DNA of 64,000 nt from Candidatus Omnitrophota bacterium (GTDB lineage: Bacteria; Omnitrophota; Gorgyraeia; Gygaellales; Profunditerraquicolaceae), in the NCBI GenBank assembly GCA_043814315.1, contig JBDRKE010000005.1, forward strand, positions 28,220 through 92,219, written 5' to 3'. A program made the translations under genes and the position numbers. The notes beneath the pieces are model-generated. The model did no database searches. It saw only the letters and a list, made by a program, of their open reading frames with translations, and was not told where the DNA came from. Below are positions 1-9,900 of this stretch, piece after piece. Every line of letters begins with the position of its first letter. Position 1 is the stretch's first letter.

Positions 1-3000
1 TACAAAACATTATGCCCTATTTCATGAAATAGTACCTCGAAGAGCAATTTTATGTCTTTGGCATCTTTTATTTCTTTGAGAAAATCCTTCCCTGCCTTGT
101 ATCCGCTGCTCATTCCTCCTCGATATTGGTCTATTATCTGTCCTTCTTCTCTAGCTAATCGAGCCAAGCCTAACTGAATATCTGTATCAACTCGATTTGC
201 ATTAAGGATATCGCCAATGAGTTTTAAATTTTCTGTATTTTTTAGAAACGGATAGTGTTGTATTGTGATTATGCCGGCAGCCCTAACATAGACCTTAAGA
301 ACAAACAGAGAAAACTGATTATCGCTCAGCAAGAGGTCTACCAAATCGAGAGAAGTATTATCCAATAGCTCCTTTGCAAGAGGGTATACTATTGCAAGAC
401 CTTCCTTCCTGGTTTCTTTAGATTGAATATCAAATTTGTAATAGAAGTGAGTATAGATGAAATCGATAAACCTCTTGTAAGCTTTATTATTTCCCATCTC
501 CGGCAAGACTTTATCTATTATCTGTTCTATCGCTTCTTTTACCAGCTGTTCTTTAGTTTCATCTTTATCTCTTCTGACCTTATTAACTAAATTCGATAGG
601 AGCCGGATGAGAAAGCTTTCATCTTGAGCTTTGAGGGTTTCTGCGGGTAAGCCGTTTAGAACACCCATTACGTACTCTAGCGAGTTATTTCTGTAAAACT
701 GGGAATAGCTCATTTCATCGATATCAAGTTCTTTTGGCTTCTGCTCCATCGGCGAGCCGGCGGCTCCTATCACCTGCAGCCAATTTTTATCCTGCGGCCC
801 TGTAAAATATCCTCCATATTCTTTTTCTAGATTATTAGTAATTCGTCTCACATGAGCTTTCTGGTCATACGAACCACCAAGCTTTCCAGAGAATCTCGCA
901 TCTGCTGCTTCCCTATCAAAAGGCACTCCGCTAGAACCATAATAAACAAAATCTCTCTTTCCAAATCTAGTCGAACTTATATCAAATCTTCCGGCGATTT
1001 TATCAGTGAATAACCTATCTTCGGAACCGGCATTTGACGGCTCCAAAAGATTATCAATTTTATCCCGGGCTATTCTTTGGATCAAAAGAGTGACGTCATC
1101 TCTGCTTCCTACATAAACGGTGAAGTCTTTTTCTCCTGGGTCTCCTCCAGCAAGCAATTTATATTGGCCTTTATGGTTATTCCAAAGCCATTCGTCTATT
1201 TTAGGATAACTTTCAGGCTGTACCGTTAAGTGCAATTTCCAGCCACCTTTCTTTATATATTCATCATGTGCTGCTCTATCCGTAACTCTGTAACCGGGTT
1301 TGCCAGGCCAAAGTTCATCTTTCTCCTTAACCAAGATTCTTGTTAAAGCATCTATTCCTTCTTGAGCGTCATCTATTGCCTCTTGGATACCTTTAACTTG
1401 TCCTGATGCTTTGCTTAGTAAATTCCAAATCTGCTCTGATTTTTCTCCTATCCTGACAAGCTGCATACACATTACAAATAAAGTAACTACTTTTTCTCTT
1501 TCTTCGGCAACCGAAGCCGTTGTCCACCATGGAGATGCGTGCTGAATCGCTGCTTGGCGAGAAACTCTCCCCTCCTGAAACGTTATATTCCAACGAGATG
1601 GATTTCGGCTTTCTGCAATCTTAAGCGATACGTTTTTCTCTACTATTTTATAAGCATACTCTGTCCCTTTTGCAAGATAGCCACTTATTTGAGAAAGATA
1701 CATATTGGAATCGAGAGGGGAGGGAATGTGAATCGGCGAGCCGGCGGCGCCTTCTGCCTGCTCCATCGGCGAGCCGGCGGATGCCATAAAATATGTTTCG
1801 GTTACTGGGCTGGAAGAGACTGGTTTTACTAATAAATCAAACAAGCCGGTTGTTATCGAAGCATCAGTCTGTCTATATAAACCTGTGTTTATCTTCCCGG
1901 GGACAGAATTCCCGTATAGATCAGAGTAATCAAATTCTGACCGCCCCTGGAACAATTCTATTTTGTATTTCTTATTAACCCCTTGCTGAACCTTGGTTGT
2001 TTGAACAGGCCTGTATAGCGAAGCCACAACAGGAAGGCCTGTCTTTTGCGACACAATATCCAACACCCCATATAGTTCATCGATGCCCTTTGACCCAAAC
2101 TGGCTGCTTTCTTCAACGAAGATGGCCGGCTGCCTAATGCCTTGTTCGTCTTCCAGTATTCTTAATCTTACTATCCTTCTGGTGATAACTCTTCTATTAG
2201 CGTCCAATAAGGCTACGACCTTATTTGTTCCGTTAACCAAATATCCCGTAAGCCCCCTGTTCAAGTCGTTGCCATATGCGCAGCTCTGGCAGGCTGTTGA
2301 GCCGGGGTAATTACCAATATTAAATAAAGTATAAAAGTCCCCGGTAAACTCGGCGGTCAGGCCCTCTTCTAATCGACGCTGAATTGTTTGTTGCCAATTA
2401 CCTATCTTTTCAATCCTTTCTTTGAGATCCTTAAGACCATCTATGTTTTTTAATTCTTCATACAAAGATGTATTTTCTTTTTTAGCTTTTCCCTTGGCTT
2501 CTTTAATTAGGGCTTGCTCTTCCTGAGGAAGGTTTTCGGCTTCAATGTTGATAATCTCATCTATTGTTGCGCCATAGTCGTTACTTGCATATTTCCATTG
2601 TTTAAAATCATTGCCTACCTCTGTTCTTAATGCTTCAAATATATTATTGTAGATTTCCCCATTTTCTGCTCCCGAGATTGTACGTAAGTAAATATCAATT
2701 AACCTATAAATATTCCTTCCCTGGTGGTCTGTCCACTTGAATCTGGAATTATGCGCGGCATATTGTTTTAGTTTTTCCAGAAACTCACCTTCGTTTTCTA
2801 TTGTCTTTATTTGAGTCTTGAACCGCGCAAGTAAAACATCCGCTTCAATCAAGGCTAATTTCTCTGCTAATCCATTTATCTTGCTATCGTTATTTTGTCC
2901 GGTTGACAGCAGATCATCAATTATTGCTTTGCTAAGCTCTCCAAACTCATTGTTTATGTGTTCTGGAAATAGCTTTGCCTGCGCTTTTAAATATGTGTCA

Positions 3001-6000
3001 ATTGCTTTTGAGTATTGCTCCAGATAAAACATTAACTTATCATAGAACTTATCGGAATTGTCTATCTGGGATGGGTCAAATTCGGCGCTGATAGCTTTCA
3101 AAAGTTTAGAGAGCAGCTCGCCTTTTTGGTCGTATGAATATCCCGAGAAAAAAACCAATTGTTCGTACAGTTTATTTTTAAGAGTAGCTAGCTGGTCGCG
3201 AAACCCCTTGTTCGCATTCATGGATGCTATCAATTGCCTTATTGTATTTAAGGAGCCCATTTCCGGGCTTATCCTTAGTAATGCTTCAAAGAAAATATGG
3301 GGCATTTGCACTGCGGGCTTCGGGAGCTCTATCTGTTTAAATAGTTCGGCTATTGTCCTTGTTATGCTCTCCGGATAATAACTTAATTTAGTTGTTGCAT
3401 ATTGTCTGTCCTGATAAAGGCTCCTTAGCTGCTTCCAGGCTTCTTTTTTCTGTTGATTGTCATCCAATAATGTTTTTATTGCTTCTAAATATTGGAAAAT
3501 TAATGTATTTGAAACCAATGTGTCACGGCTGTCTGATAGAAATTTATTGGCAAACACCGCCTTTTTGGGCCCTTCTATCTTTCCAGCACCTTTTAAACTA
3601 TCGATTAATTTTAAGATTACTGAATTGTCTGTGCTCTGGTTGAATAAAATTTTAAGATAGATCCTATTTTTGCTCTCAGAGGGTTGGTACCTATATTGAA
3701 CTGATAACTCCGTAAATAATTCCTCTTTTTGCTGTTCGTTAATTGACAGCATATCCAATGTAATTATTGCGTCTGTCAGGAAGCTCTCTCTTGCTTCTTG
3801 CAATATACTTTCTAACTTGAGCTTTAAAATATCAATCAAATTAAGCTTATTGTCTGAGGCGATATTGTTGAGTTCGGCGAGCTTGTTTGCCTTATCTATT
3901 TCCTGGAGCACGCGTCTCAGCTCGTATGTATTCTTACCCTGAAGTTGCATGGCTTGCGAGATTGGCTCAAGCTCGTCTATTTTCTGCTGCAAAACAAAAA
4001 GGTTTGACAATATCCATTCGATTCTTCTTAAGACAAATTCAGCGTTTGGGTACCCCTGTAATTTTTGTTTAATGTTTCTAGTCATTTCATCCAAGGAGAG
4101 CTTGGGATCATCCCCTATAGTTCTGATAAGCTCCTTGATTTTGTCAATGCTGACATATTCTAGCAATGCATTTAAATCCGGGATCGGAACATAATACTGG
4201 TTTGGTTCATTTCTAAAATATTTATCAAATGTCTCCTTTACTATCCCAATTGTATCTTTCGCTGCAAATAAAACATCAAGTAAGCTGGTTTTTTCGTCCT
4301 CCCCAAGCCTTTTTTCAGCCGGATGAAGCGTAATCTCTCTATTAAGATTATAGGCAATTTCGTTAATCGCTGATTTAAACGAAGGATTAGATAACCTTTC
4401 CAGCGGCTTTTCGCAATTGTTCGCTTTTTCTTTAAGATAGCGCGCAAGTTTAATATTTATCTCAAGCGCCCTTGTAATCATTACACTGGGTGATTGTTTC
4501 AAAAGCTGCGCCTTAAGCTTTACGTCAATTTTATTGTCTTCTAAAACATTTCTCAGGAACCGATGAGTCTTACCTTTAGCATTGATAAATGCGGCATTCA
4601 AGGAGCCGTTGATCATCCCCGGTATCAGAAGAGTAGCTGGTTTCTCTATCGAAGAATAAATGGCTTTTACTCTCTCTATGTCTGAATAAAGCAGAGGGTT
4701 AACCACTTTGAGGATGCTCTCGATTCCATTGAAAAATATCGCTGGCTTTTGATTGAGGTATGAAATAAGCTCGCTAAGCCTGTTGGGTTGAGATTTAACC
4801 GCCTCCAAAAGGCTGCCATTTGAGCTGTTAAGGGCATCGTTCAAGCTGCGATTAAGCAGCTTCTCTATCAAAAAAGCAGGATCATCTAAGAGCCCGAATG
4901 CTCGCGATATCTCTTCGGTATACGGAGCTATCTCTGGATTAAACACCTCGAGTGTTGTTCTTAACGTATTAGTAAAATGTTCTGGTGACTGCCACCAATA
5001 ATTAATAAGCGATTTGCTAAGCGTCGGGTCGGATTGTATTGCCGACAGGATGGTTTTGTTAGTGCAAAAATAGCTAAAATATTTTTCAGTAAATCGCTGT
5101 TTAAGCTCTAGGCCTATCTCTTTGCTTATGAATACATTTTCAATAAATTTAGATATATCCCCACCGGATTCTTTAAAAGCTTTATTTAAAGTGCCGTTGA
5201 CTGTTTCTTCAATGAAAAGAGCGGGGTCTCCCATAGAAGAATATATCCTCTTGACAGCCGGTAAATAAGGAATTAGCTCCTTATTGAATGCTTGGAATAA
5301 TGCTAAATTGGACAGAAATTCAGATTGATTACTGTGTTTTATCAAATATGTTATAAAAATTATGCTAAGCCTGGTATCAAGACGTATTGCGCGCAGCAGA
5401 CCTTCTTTGAATAAATAAATTGGCATTTCAGCTAAAAGATAACTAAGCAGCTGTTCTTTAATGCCGGGGTCTATTTTTTCATTCTTTAAGACTTCTTCGG
5501 AAAACTTATTGATGAATTCTTCTGTCGTGAGTTTGCTTTTGTCCAATTCTGGGCTTCTAAAGATATCATTAAAAACTCCATTAAGAATGGGCTCGATAAG
5601 GAAATCGGGATGCGAAAAATAACGGTAAAGAATTGTTATTTCCGCTACATAATAGGCAAGGGCGGGGTTCAGTTGTTTTAAGATTGCTTCTAGATTTTTT
5701 ACCAAAAACCCCGACTGTTTTGACAAAGATGTTATTATGCCTTTCCGGATATCTTTTTCTTCCTGGGGTGCATTTTCAAAAGCGCCCAGTATCAGTTGGA
5801 ATAAATCAGGTTTATTTGCAATAAGAGTGCCCAGCGCTTTTTTTACTTGGGAATAGATGTTGTAATATTTAGCTACCGCGGCTTTAGTCACCAGTTGTTC
5901 GATAAGCTCCTTTTCTTTACCAGCATAACGCTTAATCAGCCCTTCAGTATTGTTGTCATAGAGAAATAGGTAGAGGGCTACCTCTTCAGAGGCATCGCTA

Positions 6001-8414
6001 AATTTACGTAATTCCTCTATGGCTGCTCTATGGCTAGAATCTCCGACGTCGTAAAATAATGTTTTAATGAGCATACTTTCCAAGGTTATCGCATTAATAT
6101 CACTCTTAGAAATAACCTTAACGAACGCCATTGGAAGCAAGTCTTTATTTTCATCACTTAGCTGCTCTTTTAGCGCCTTAAGCGTTTTTTGCTGTTCTTC
6201 ATTCAGCAAATGCTTTGCAGCCGCATCTCTGATTGTTTCAGAATAACGCTGATAATTTTTTGCATCATCGCCATAGTCTTCATTAATCTCTCCGAGTCTG
6301 TCTTTTCCTTTCGTTATTTCAATTTTTGATTCACTTAAATAAAATTTGTAATTATAGGGGAAATTTTTGGGAGAGGTAAGGTAAATATCAGAATCGTACA
6401 AGGTCACCTGCTCTACTTTTAATTTACCTTCCAGCAAGTTTTTGGCTCGATTGAAATGATATTTCCTGATAAGCTCTTTCCTGTTTGCTATCGTTAAAGA
6501 AAGAGTGACTATAACCGCAATAAGCCCCAGCATGCCGCTTAGCATTTTTGCCATAAGCAGATAATTTTCTTTCTTTTGTGTTTTATGATACTCTGCTTTT
6601 TGTAGAAGCGCATCCTCGATGGCTTGTCTATTTCTAATTTCTCTGCCGTCGTAAACATGCTTCGCATCTACAAACATCGCCCTATGCCTTCCCCAGATAA
6701 AACTGCCCCTCCAATCGGTTTGAAAACCTGCTTTATCATAGAGGTCTTTAACCGGCACTAGATAGACCTTTTCCGAATGTGCCTCATAGAGCGTATATTT
6801 TTCTGCCAGTAGGCTATGGCGTGTTTTTCGCAATGCCTCGTATTCTTTCTCCCCTTCTTCTTTATCCTTCTTGTCTTTGCCTTTGCGCGACTTCTGCCAG
6901 GATTGCTCTTGTTTAATGTATATTTCTTTTAAATCTTGGGGAAGGTTTTCAATTACAAAACTCTCGTAAGCTTCGTAATTTTGAAATTTTCCATATGTTT
7001 TCTTGGCTTTCGTTGTCTCTTCGGAAGCTTGGACTTTTTGAGGATTTATATTGACGGTGGCTAGTGCTGCAACTGTGCCCAGCCCCCACTTAAGAAAACC
7101 CCTGCGGCTGATTTCTTTGTCAACAATACCAGATTGATCTTTGCCTTGCATTGCCGAAGAGGCGGCTTTTTTCTCCATCGGCGAGCCAACAGTTTCTTGT
7201 TTTTCCAGAGGTATATGTTCTATAACTATGTCTCCTATCTCTGAGGGGCTGCCTATGTCTCCACCTTTAAACGAAATACCGATTATCCTCTCACTATATA
7301 GCGGAGGTTCTGGCCTGGCGGGACTGCCGGCTATAGTTCCGTTCTTGATAGCTCCCATTATCCCCCCTTCGCCTCCAGCTAATGGACTAAACGCAATCCC
7401 CCCTGAAAAATAACTCCTTATGGTCTGGCCAAAGGGAGTAGAAACTGGAACCTTCAGGTCGTACTCCCCCTCTTTGAAGGATCTCTGGTACTCTTTAAAA
7501 TACGTGCTCTTTGACCAAGGCGTCTTTGAAGTCAGGCCGTTGAGGTTACCTTTATCAATAAGATAGGAATAGAGGCCACCCTTGCCATAGAGCCTGGCCT
7601 TAAACCACTGGGCTAAGATTAAAGAGTAGTAAACCTGTCTTAGGGGAGCGTACCTTTTGGCGATGTTAACGTCTTTGGTTAATTTGGGGATAATGGATTC
7701 GCGAATAAGTTCGGATGCGTATTCATTAAGCTCTTTTAGCCGCGGGTCATCAAAGTTGTAAACAGCTGAGCCCTTCAAATAATCCTGCTCCAGCATGACT
7801 TTAAGGGTGGCCTTGTAAATATAGGCATTGTCCTGTGACTCCCGGATAATAATCTCACCCGGCACAATCCAGGGCCTGGTTAAGGTAGGAATCGTGATAT
7901 TACTTGTGCCAAAAAGCTCCTCTGCCTTTTGATAAAGCTTCTCCCAATAAACCTTGCCTTCGGGTGTTTGCGGCGAAGTGAACTTAGCCGTGTCTTTCTT
8001 AAGCTGCAGGTCTGCCTCCAGGAGGATTTTACCCGCATCCGTCCTGGCTAAGGCGTCGTCAATGACCTGGTCTTCTGAGTCAGGCCGAAGATTCACCCAG
8101 AAGCTGTCATTGGGAAGATTTATTCCCACAAAGAAATAGTTAAGCAGGGTGCGCGTTGAAACTTCAACATCTTGCTCTTTAATATTTTTTAAGTCTCCCC
8201 TGTCCAGGAGGAGCTTGAAATTATTATTGAGATTATCGTAGGAAAGGTAGCGTAAATGCAGGGGCCGAAATTTATCCGGGATGAAGGAACTACGCAGCTG
8301 CGCGATATGGCCTGAGATATCCAATTGCCCGGCAACCTGGGCAAAACCCGATTGCTCAAAGACAAAACAGAAACAAAGCAGAAGTGAAAAAAACCTTAGA
8401 ATCTTCTTCGACAT
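1..8414 (-). CDS. Giant secreted or membrane-associated protein, at least 2804 codons, C-terminus beyond window start
   Basis: Minus-strand frame starts at ATG 8414 (MSKKILRFFSLLLCFCFVFEQSGFAQ, a Sec-type signal peptide) and stays open to position 3. The ORF track lists no complete minus-strand ORF of at least 60 aa in this frame over 8.4 kb, consistent with one open frame reaching the edge. Hand translation shows an internal SRRGFLKWGLGTVAALATV segment near aa 430, a TM-like segment near aa 620, a long helical low-complexity region, and an HEIGH (HExxH) motif at nt 12-26. Confidence 0.8.
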   Translation of the reverse strand, partial: MSKKILRFFSLLLCFCFVFEQSGFAQVAGQLDISGHIAQLRSSFIPDKFRPLHLRYLSYDNLNNNFKLLLDRGDLKNIKEQDVEVSTRTLLNYFFVGINLPNDSFWVNLRPDSEDQVIDDALARTDAGKILLEADLQLKKDTAKFTSPQTPEGKVYWEKLYQKAEELFGTSNITIPTLTRPWIVPGEIIIRESQDNAYIYKATLKVMLEQDYLKGSAVYNFDDPRLKELNEYASELIRESIIPKLTKDVNIAKRYAPLRQVYYSLILAQWFKARLYGKGGLYSYLIDKGNLNGLTSKTPWSKSTYFKEYQRSFKEGEYDLKVPVSTPFGQTIRSYFSGGIAFSPLAGGEGGIMGAIKNGTIAGSPARPEPPLYSERIIGISFKGGDIGSPSEIGDIVIEHIPLEKQETVGSPMEKKAASSAMQGKDQSGIVDKEISRRGFLKWGLGTVAALATVNINPQKVQASEETTKAKKTYGKFQNYEAYESFVIENLPQDLKEIYIKQEQSWQKSRKGKDKKDKEEGEKEYEALRKTRHSLLAEKYTLYEAHSEKVYLVPVKDLYDKAGFQTDWRGSFIWGRHRAMFVDAKHVYDGREIRNRQAIEDALLQKAEYHKTQKKENYLLMAKMLSGMLGLIAVIVTLSLTIANRKELIRKYHFNRAKNLLEGKLKVEQVTLYDSDIYLTSPKNFPYNYKFYLSESKIEITKGKDRLGEINEDYGDDAKNYQRYSETIRDAAAKHLLNEEQQKTLKALKEQLSDENKDLLPMAFVKVISKSDINAITLESMLIKTLFYDVGDSSHRAAIEELRKFSDASEEVALYLFLYDNNTEGLIKRYAGKEKELIEQLVTKAAVAKYYNIYSQVKKALGTLIANKPDLFQLILGAFENAPQEEKDIRKGIITSLSKQSGFLVKNLEAILKQLNPALAYYVAEITILYRYFSHPDFLIEPILNGVFNDIFRSPELDKSKLTTEEFINKFSEEVLKNEKIDPGIKEQLLSYLLAEMPIYLFKEGLLRAIRLDTRLSIIFITYLIKHSNQSEFLSNLALFQAFNKELIPYLPAVKRIYSSMGDPALFIEETVNGTLNKAFKESGGDISKFIENVFISKEIGLELKQRFTEKYFSYFCTNKTILSAIQSDPTLSKSLINYWWQSPEHFTNTLRTTLEVFNPEIAPYTEEISRAFGLLDDPAFLIEKLLNRSLNDALNSSNGSLLEAVKSQPNRLSELISYLNQKPAIFFNGIESILKVVNPLLYSDIERVKAIYSSIEKPATLLIPGMINGSLNAAFINAKGKTHRFLRNVLEDNKIDVKLKAQLLKQSPSVMITRALEINIKLARYLKEKANNCEKPLERLSNPSFKSAINEIAYNLNREITLHPAEKRLGEDEKTSLLDVLFAAKDTIGIVKETFDKYFRNEPNQYYVPIPDLNALLEYVSIDKIKELIRTIGDDPKLSLDEMTRNIKQKLQGYPNAEFVLRRIEWILSNLFVLQQKIDELEPISQAMQLQGKNTYELRRVLQEIDKANKLAELNNIASDNKLNLIDILKLKLESILQEARESFLTDAIITLDMLSINEQQKEELFTELSVQYRYQPSESKNRIYLKILFNQSTDNSVILKLIDSLKGAGKIEGPKKAVFANKFLSDSRDTLVSNTLIFQYLEAIKTLLDDNQQKKEAWKQLRSLYQDRQYATTKLSYYPESITRTIAELFKQIELPKPAVQMPHIFFEALLRISPEMGSLNTIRQLIASMNANKGFRDQLATLKNKLYEQLVFFSGYSYDQKGELLSKLLKAISAEFDPSQIDNSDKFYDKLMFYLEQYSKAIDTYLKAQAKLFPEHINNEFGELSKAIIDDLLSTGQNNDSKINGLAEKLALIEADVLLARFKTQIKTIENEGEFLEKLKQYAAHNSRFKWTDHQGRNIYRLIDIYLRTISGAENGEIYNNIFEALRTEVGNDFKQWKYASNDYGATIDEIINIEAENLPQEEQALIKEAKGKAKKENTSLYEELKNIDGLKDLKERIEKIGNWQQTIQRRLEEGLTAEFTGDFYTLFNIGNYPGSTACQSCAYGNDLNRGLTGYLVNGTNKVVALLDANRRVITRRIVRLRILEDEQGIRQPAIFVEESSQFGSKGIDELYGVLDIVSQKTGLPVVASLYRPVQTTKVQQGVNKKYKIELFQGRSEFDYSDLYGNSVPGKINTGLYRQTDASITTGLFDLLVKPVSSSPVTETYFMASAGSPMEQAEGAAGSPIHIPSPLDSNMYLSQISGYLAKGTEYAYKIVEKNVSLKIAESRNPSRWNITFQEGRVSRQAAIQHASPWWTTASVAEEREKVVTLFVMCMQLVRIGEKSEQIWNLLSKASGQVKGIQEAIDDAQEGIDALTRILVKEKDELWPGKPGYRVTDRAAHDEYIKKGGWKLHLTVQPESYPKIDEWLWNNHKGQYKLLAGGDPGEKDFTVYVGSRDDVTLLIQRIARDKIDNLLEPSNAGSEDRLFTDKIAGRFDISSTRFGKRDFVYYGSSGVPFDREAADARFSGKLGGSYDQKAHVRRITNNLEKEYGGYFTGPQDKNWLQVIGAAGSPMEQKPKELDIDEMSYSQFYRNNSLEYVMGVLNGLPAETLKAQDESFLIRLLSNLVNKVRRDKDETKEQLVKEAIEQIIDKVLPEMGNNKAYKRFIDFIYTHFYYKFDIQSKETRKEGLAIVYPLAKELLDNTSLDLVDLLLSDNQFSLFVLKVYVRAAGIITIQHYPFLKNTENLKLIGDILNANRVDTDIQLGLARLAREEGQIIDQYRGGMSSGYKAGKDFLKEIKDAKDIKLLFEVLFHEIGHNVL

Positions 8415-8574
8415 ACTTTGATTAGGTGGAGATTGCGGTCTATCAGCCTTATTGCTTTAAGTTTACTATATAGGTAAGGAATTTCAAGGTTTATATGGGG
8501 ATTTTAGGAAAGCGCTTTCAAGCCTTAAGGATTCTTTAAGGTGGGGTCGTGGTGCTGGGTTGTTTCAGCAAGAC

Positions 8575-8811
8575 CTATTTCTTCACCCATTTCATAAATT
8601 CTAACTTCTTCCAGCAGGCTTCACAGAAATCCAGGTCTGCATAGTTAACCCAAGATTCCTTTCTTGTTTCCTTGGTCCTAAAATTCTTGCCTTTATAAAC
8701 CACTAATCTACTAAAAGAAGCGCCTGGGACAGTGTAGTCAATTTCACCAATTGAATAATAAGGCTCTTTTTCTAATATCTTTTTGCAGCTATCGCATTTT
8801 CTAGTAGTCAT
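8575..8811 (-). CDS. Small zinc-ribbon protein with two CxxC pairs
   Basis: 78 aa with CDSC...CEAC. Overlaps the HEPN gene stop by 11 nt, so probably co-transcribed. Confidence 0.5.
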   Translation of the reverse strand: MTTRKCDSCKKILEKEPYYSIGEIDYTVPGASFSRLVVYKGKNFRTKETRKESWVNYADLDFCEACWKKLEFMKWVKK

Positions 8812-9253
8812 GATTTTCTCCTTGCTCTTTTAAAAGTATCTGTTTTGCGGCCTTGAGGAACCTCTTTGCGCTTTCGATAACCGCCTGAGCCCCTTCCTGG
8901 GAAAATTTTCGTCGGTAATCAGCGTCTTCTCGCAGGATCATAGAATTGTTGAAATCTTCGGCTAACTTAGGGTCTAATTTCTTCTCCCGGACAAAAAAGG
9001 CCCTTATCGCAAGGTAAAGACAGTAATGGCCCTTTTCGCGGTAGCCACGAGAATAAAGTAATGCCCTGGCAGAATGAAACATAGAGTAGTAACCTTTGAT
9101 GGTAGCCCATTTAAAGTTTCCTTGATCATAATCTTCCTCAGCTGATTTAAGGTCTTCTTTAGCATCTTCGAGTTCAAGGCTCACCAATTGCCTTGCTGGT
9201 TCAAAAGGAAAGATTTTCTTTTTTTCAATGCACTCTTTAAAGGATAGCTTCAT
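8801..9253 (-). CDS. HEPN domain protein, toxin of a HEPN/MNT pair
   Basis: 150 aa, helical, with an Rx6H-type motif (RGYREKGH). Overlaps the upstream MNT gene by 17 nt. Confidence 0.6.
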   Translation of the reverse strand: MKLSFKECIEKKKIFPFEPARQLVSLELEDAKEDLKSAEEDYDQGNFKWATIKGYYSMFHSARALLYSRGYREKGHYCLYLAIRAFFVREKKLDPKLAEDFNNSMILREDADYRRKFSQEGAQAVIESAKRFLKAAKQILLKEQGENHDY

Positions 9254-9803
9254 TTATCTCCCTTTCCCAAAGGACCTTGCCCTTTTCTACCTGCTCAAGA
9301 AACACCTTGCCTTGCCTATCTCTTTTTAAAAGCTCCTCTGGACTGTTTATGATCGGCTGTATCTTGCGTTTGTAGAGTTTAGTAGAATAGGAGAATTTAT
9401 TGGCTAGGAACAGCACCTTTTCTTTTTCAGAGCTAACAATAAAGAGGTCAATGTCGCTATCTTCGACATCATTCCCTTGAGCCCAGCTGCCAAAGAGGAC
9501 TATTTTGTAACTTAACCTTTTGAGCTTCTCTACTAAAGGCTCAATCAAGAGTAGATTAGCAAGAATCTTGAATTCTTTAAGATAAGGATCGGCCTTATTA
9601 ATAGAATAGAAATACATCCGGCCATTTTGCTTGCGGTTGATAAGGCTAGCTCGATACAGACGAACTAAGGTGTAGTGGGTCGAACTCGGACTTAAGCCTA
9701 TCTTTCGACTAATCTCTCTCTCATAGAAAGACTGACTCGGATTAAGAACGAAGAATCTTAAAATCTTCTGATAATTAGTGGAAATAAGATATGTGTTAAT
9801 CAT
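9237..9803 (-). CDS. Minimal nucleotidyltransferase (MNT) with N-terminal winged-helix domain, antitoxin partner of HEPN
   Basis: GSWAQGNDVEDSDIDLFIV matches the GSx9-13DxD nucleotidyltransferase signature. The N-terminal 70 aa are wHTH-like. Confidence 0.7.
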   Translation of the reverse strand: MINTYLISTNYQKILRFFVLNPSQSFYEREISRKIGLSPSSTHYTLVRLYRASLINRKQNGRMYFYSINKADPYLKEFKILANLLLIEPLVEKLKRLSYKIVLFGSWAQGNDVEDSDIDLFIVSSEKEKVLFLANKFSYSTKLYKRKIQPIINSPEELLKRDRQGKVFLEQVEKGKVLWEREINEAIL

Positions 9804-9844
9804 TGCTCAATGGTTTGAACTCATGCTCTTTTTATTGAGCAATG
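9801..9844. promoter_or_regulatory. 11-bp inverted repeat (CATTGCTCAAT...ATTGAGCAATG) overlapping the MNT start; putative autoregulatory operator
   Basis: Perfect inverted repeat read directly, positioned at the start codon and immediately upstream of the TA operon. Confidence 0.4.
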
Positions 9845-9900
9845 TAACATAATTAAGGTCACTTGTCAACAATTTTCTAAACTCAAATTTTTCTATCCGT

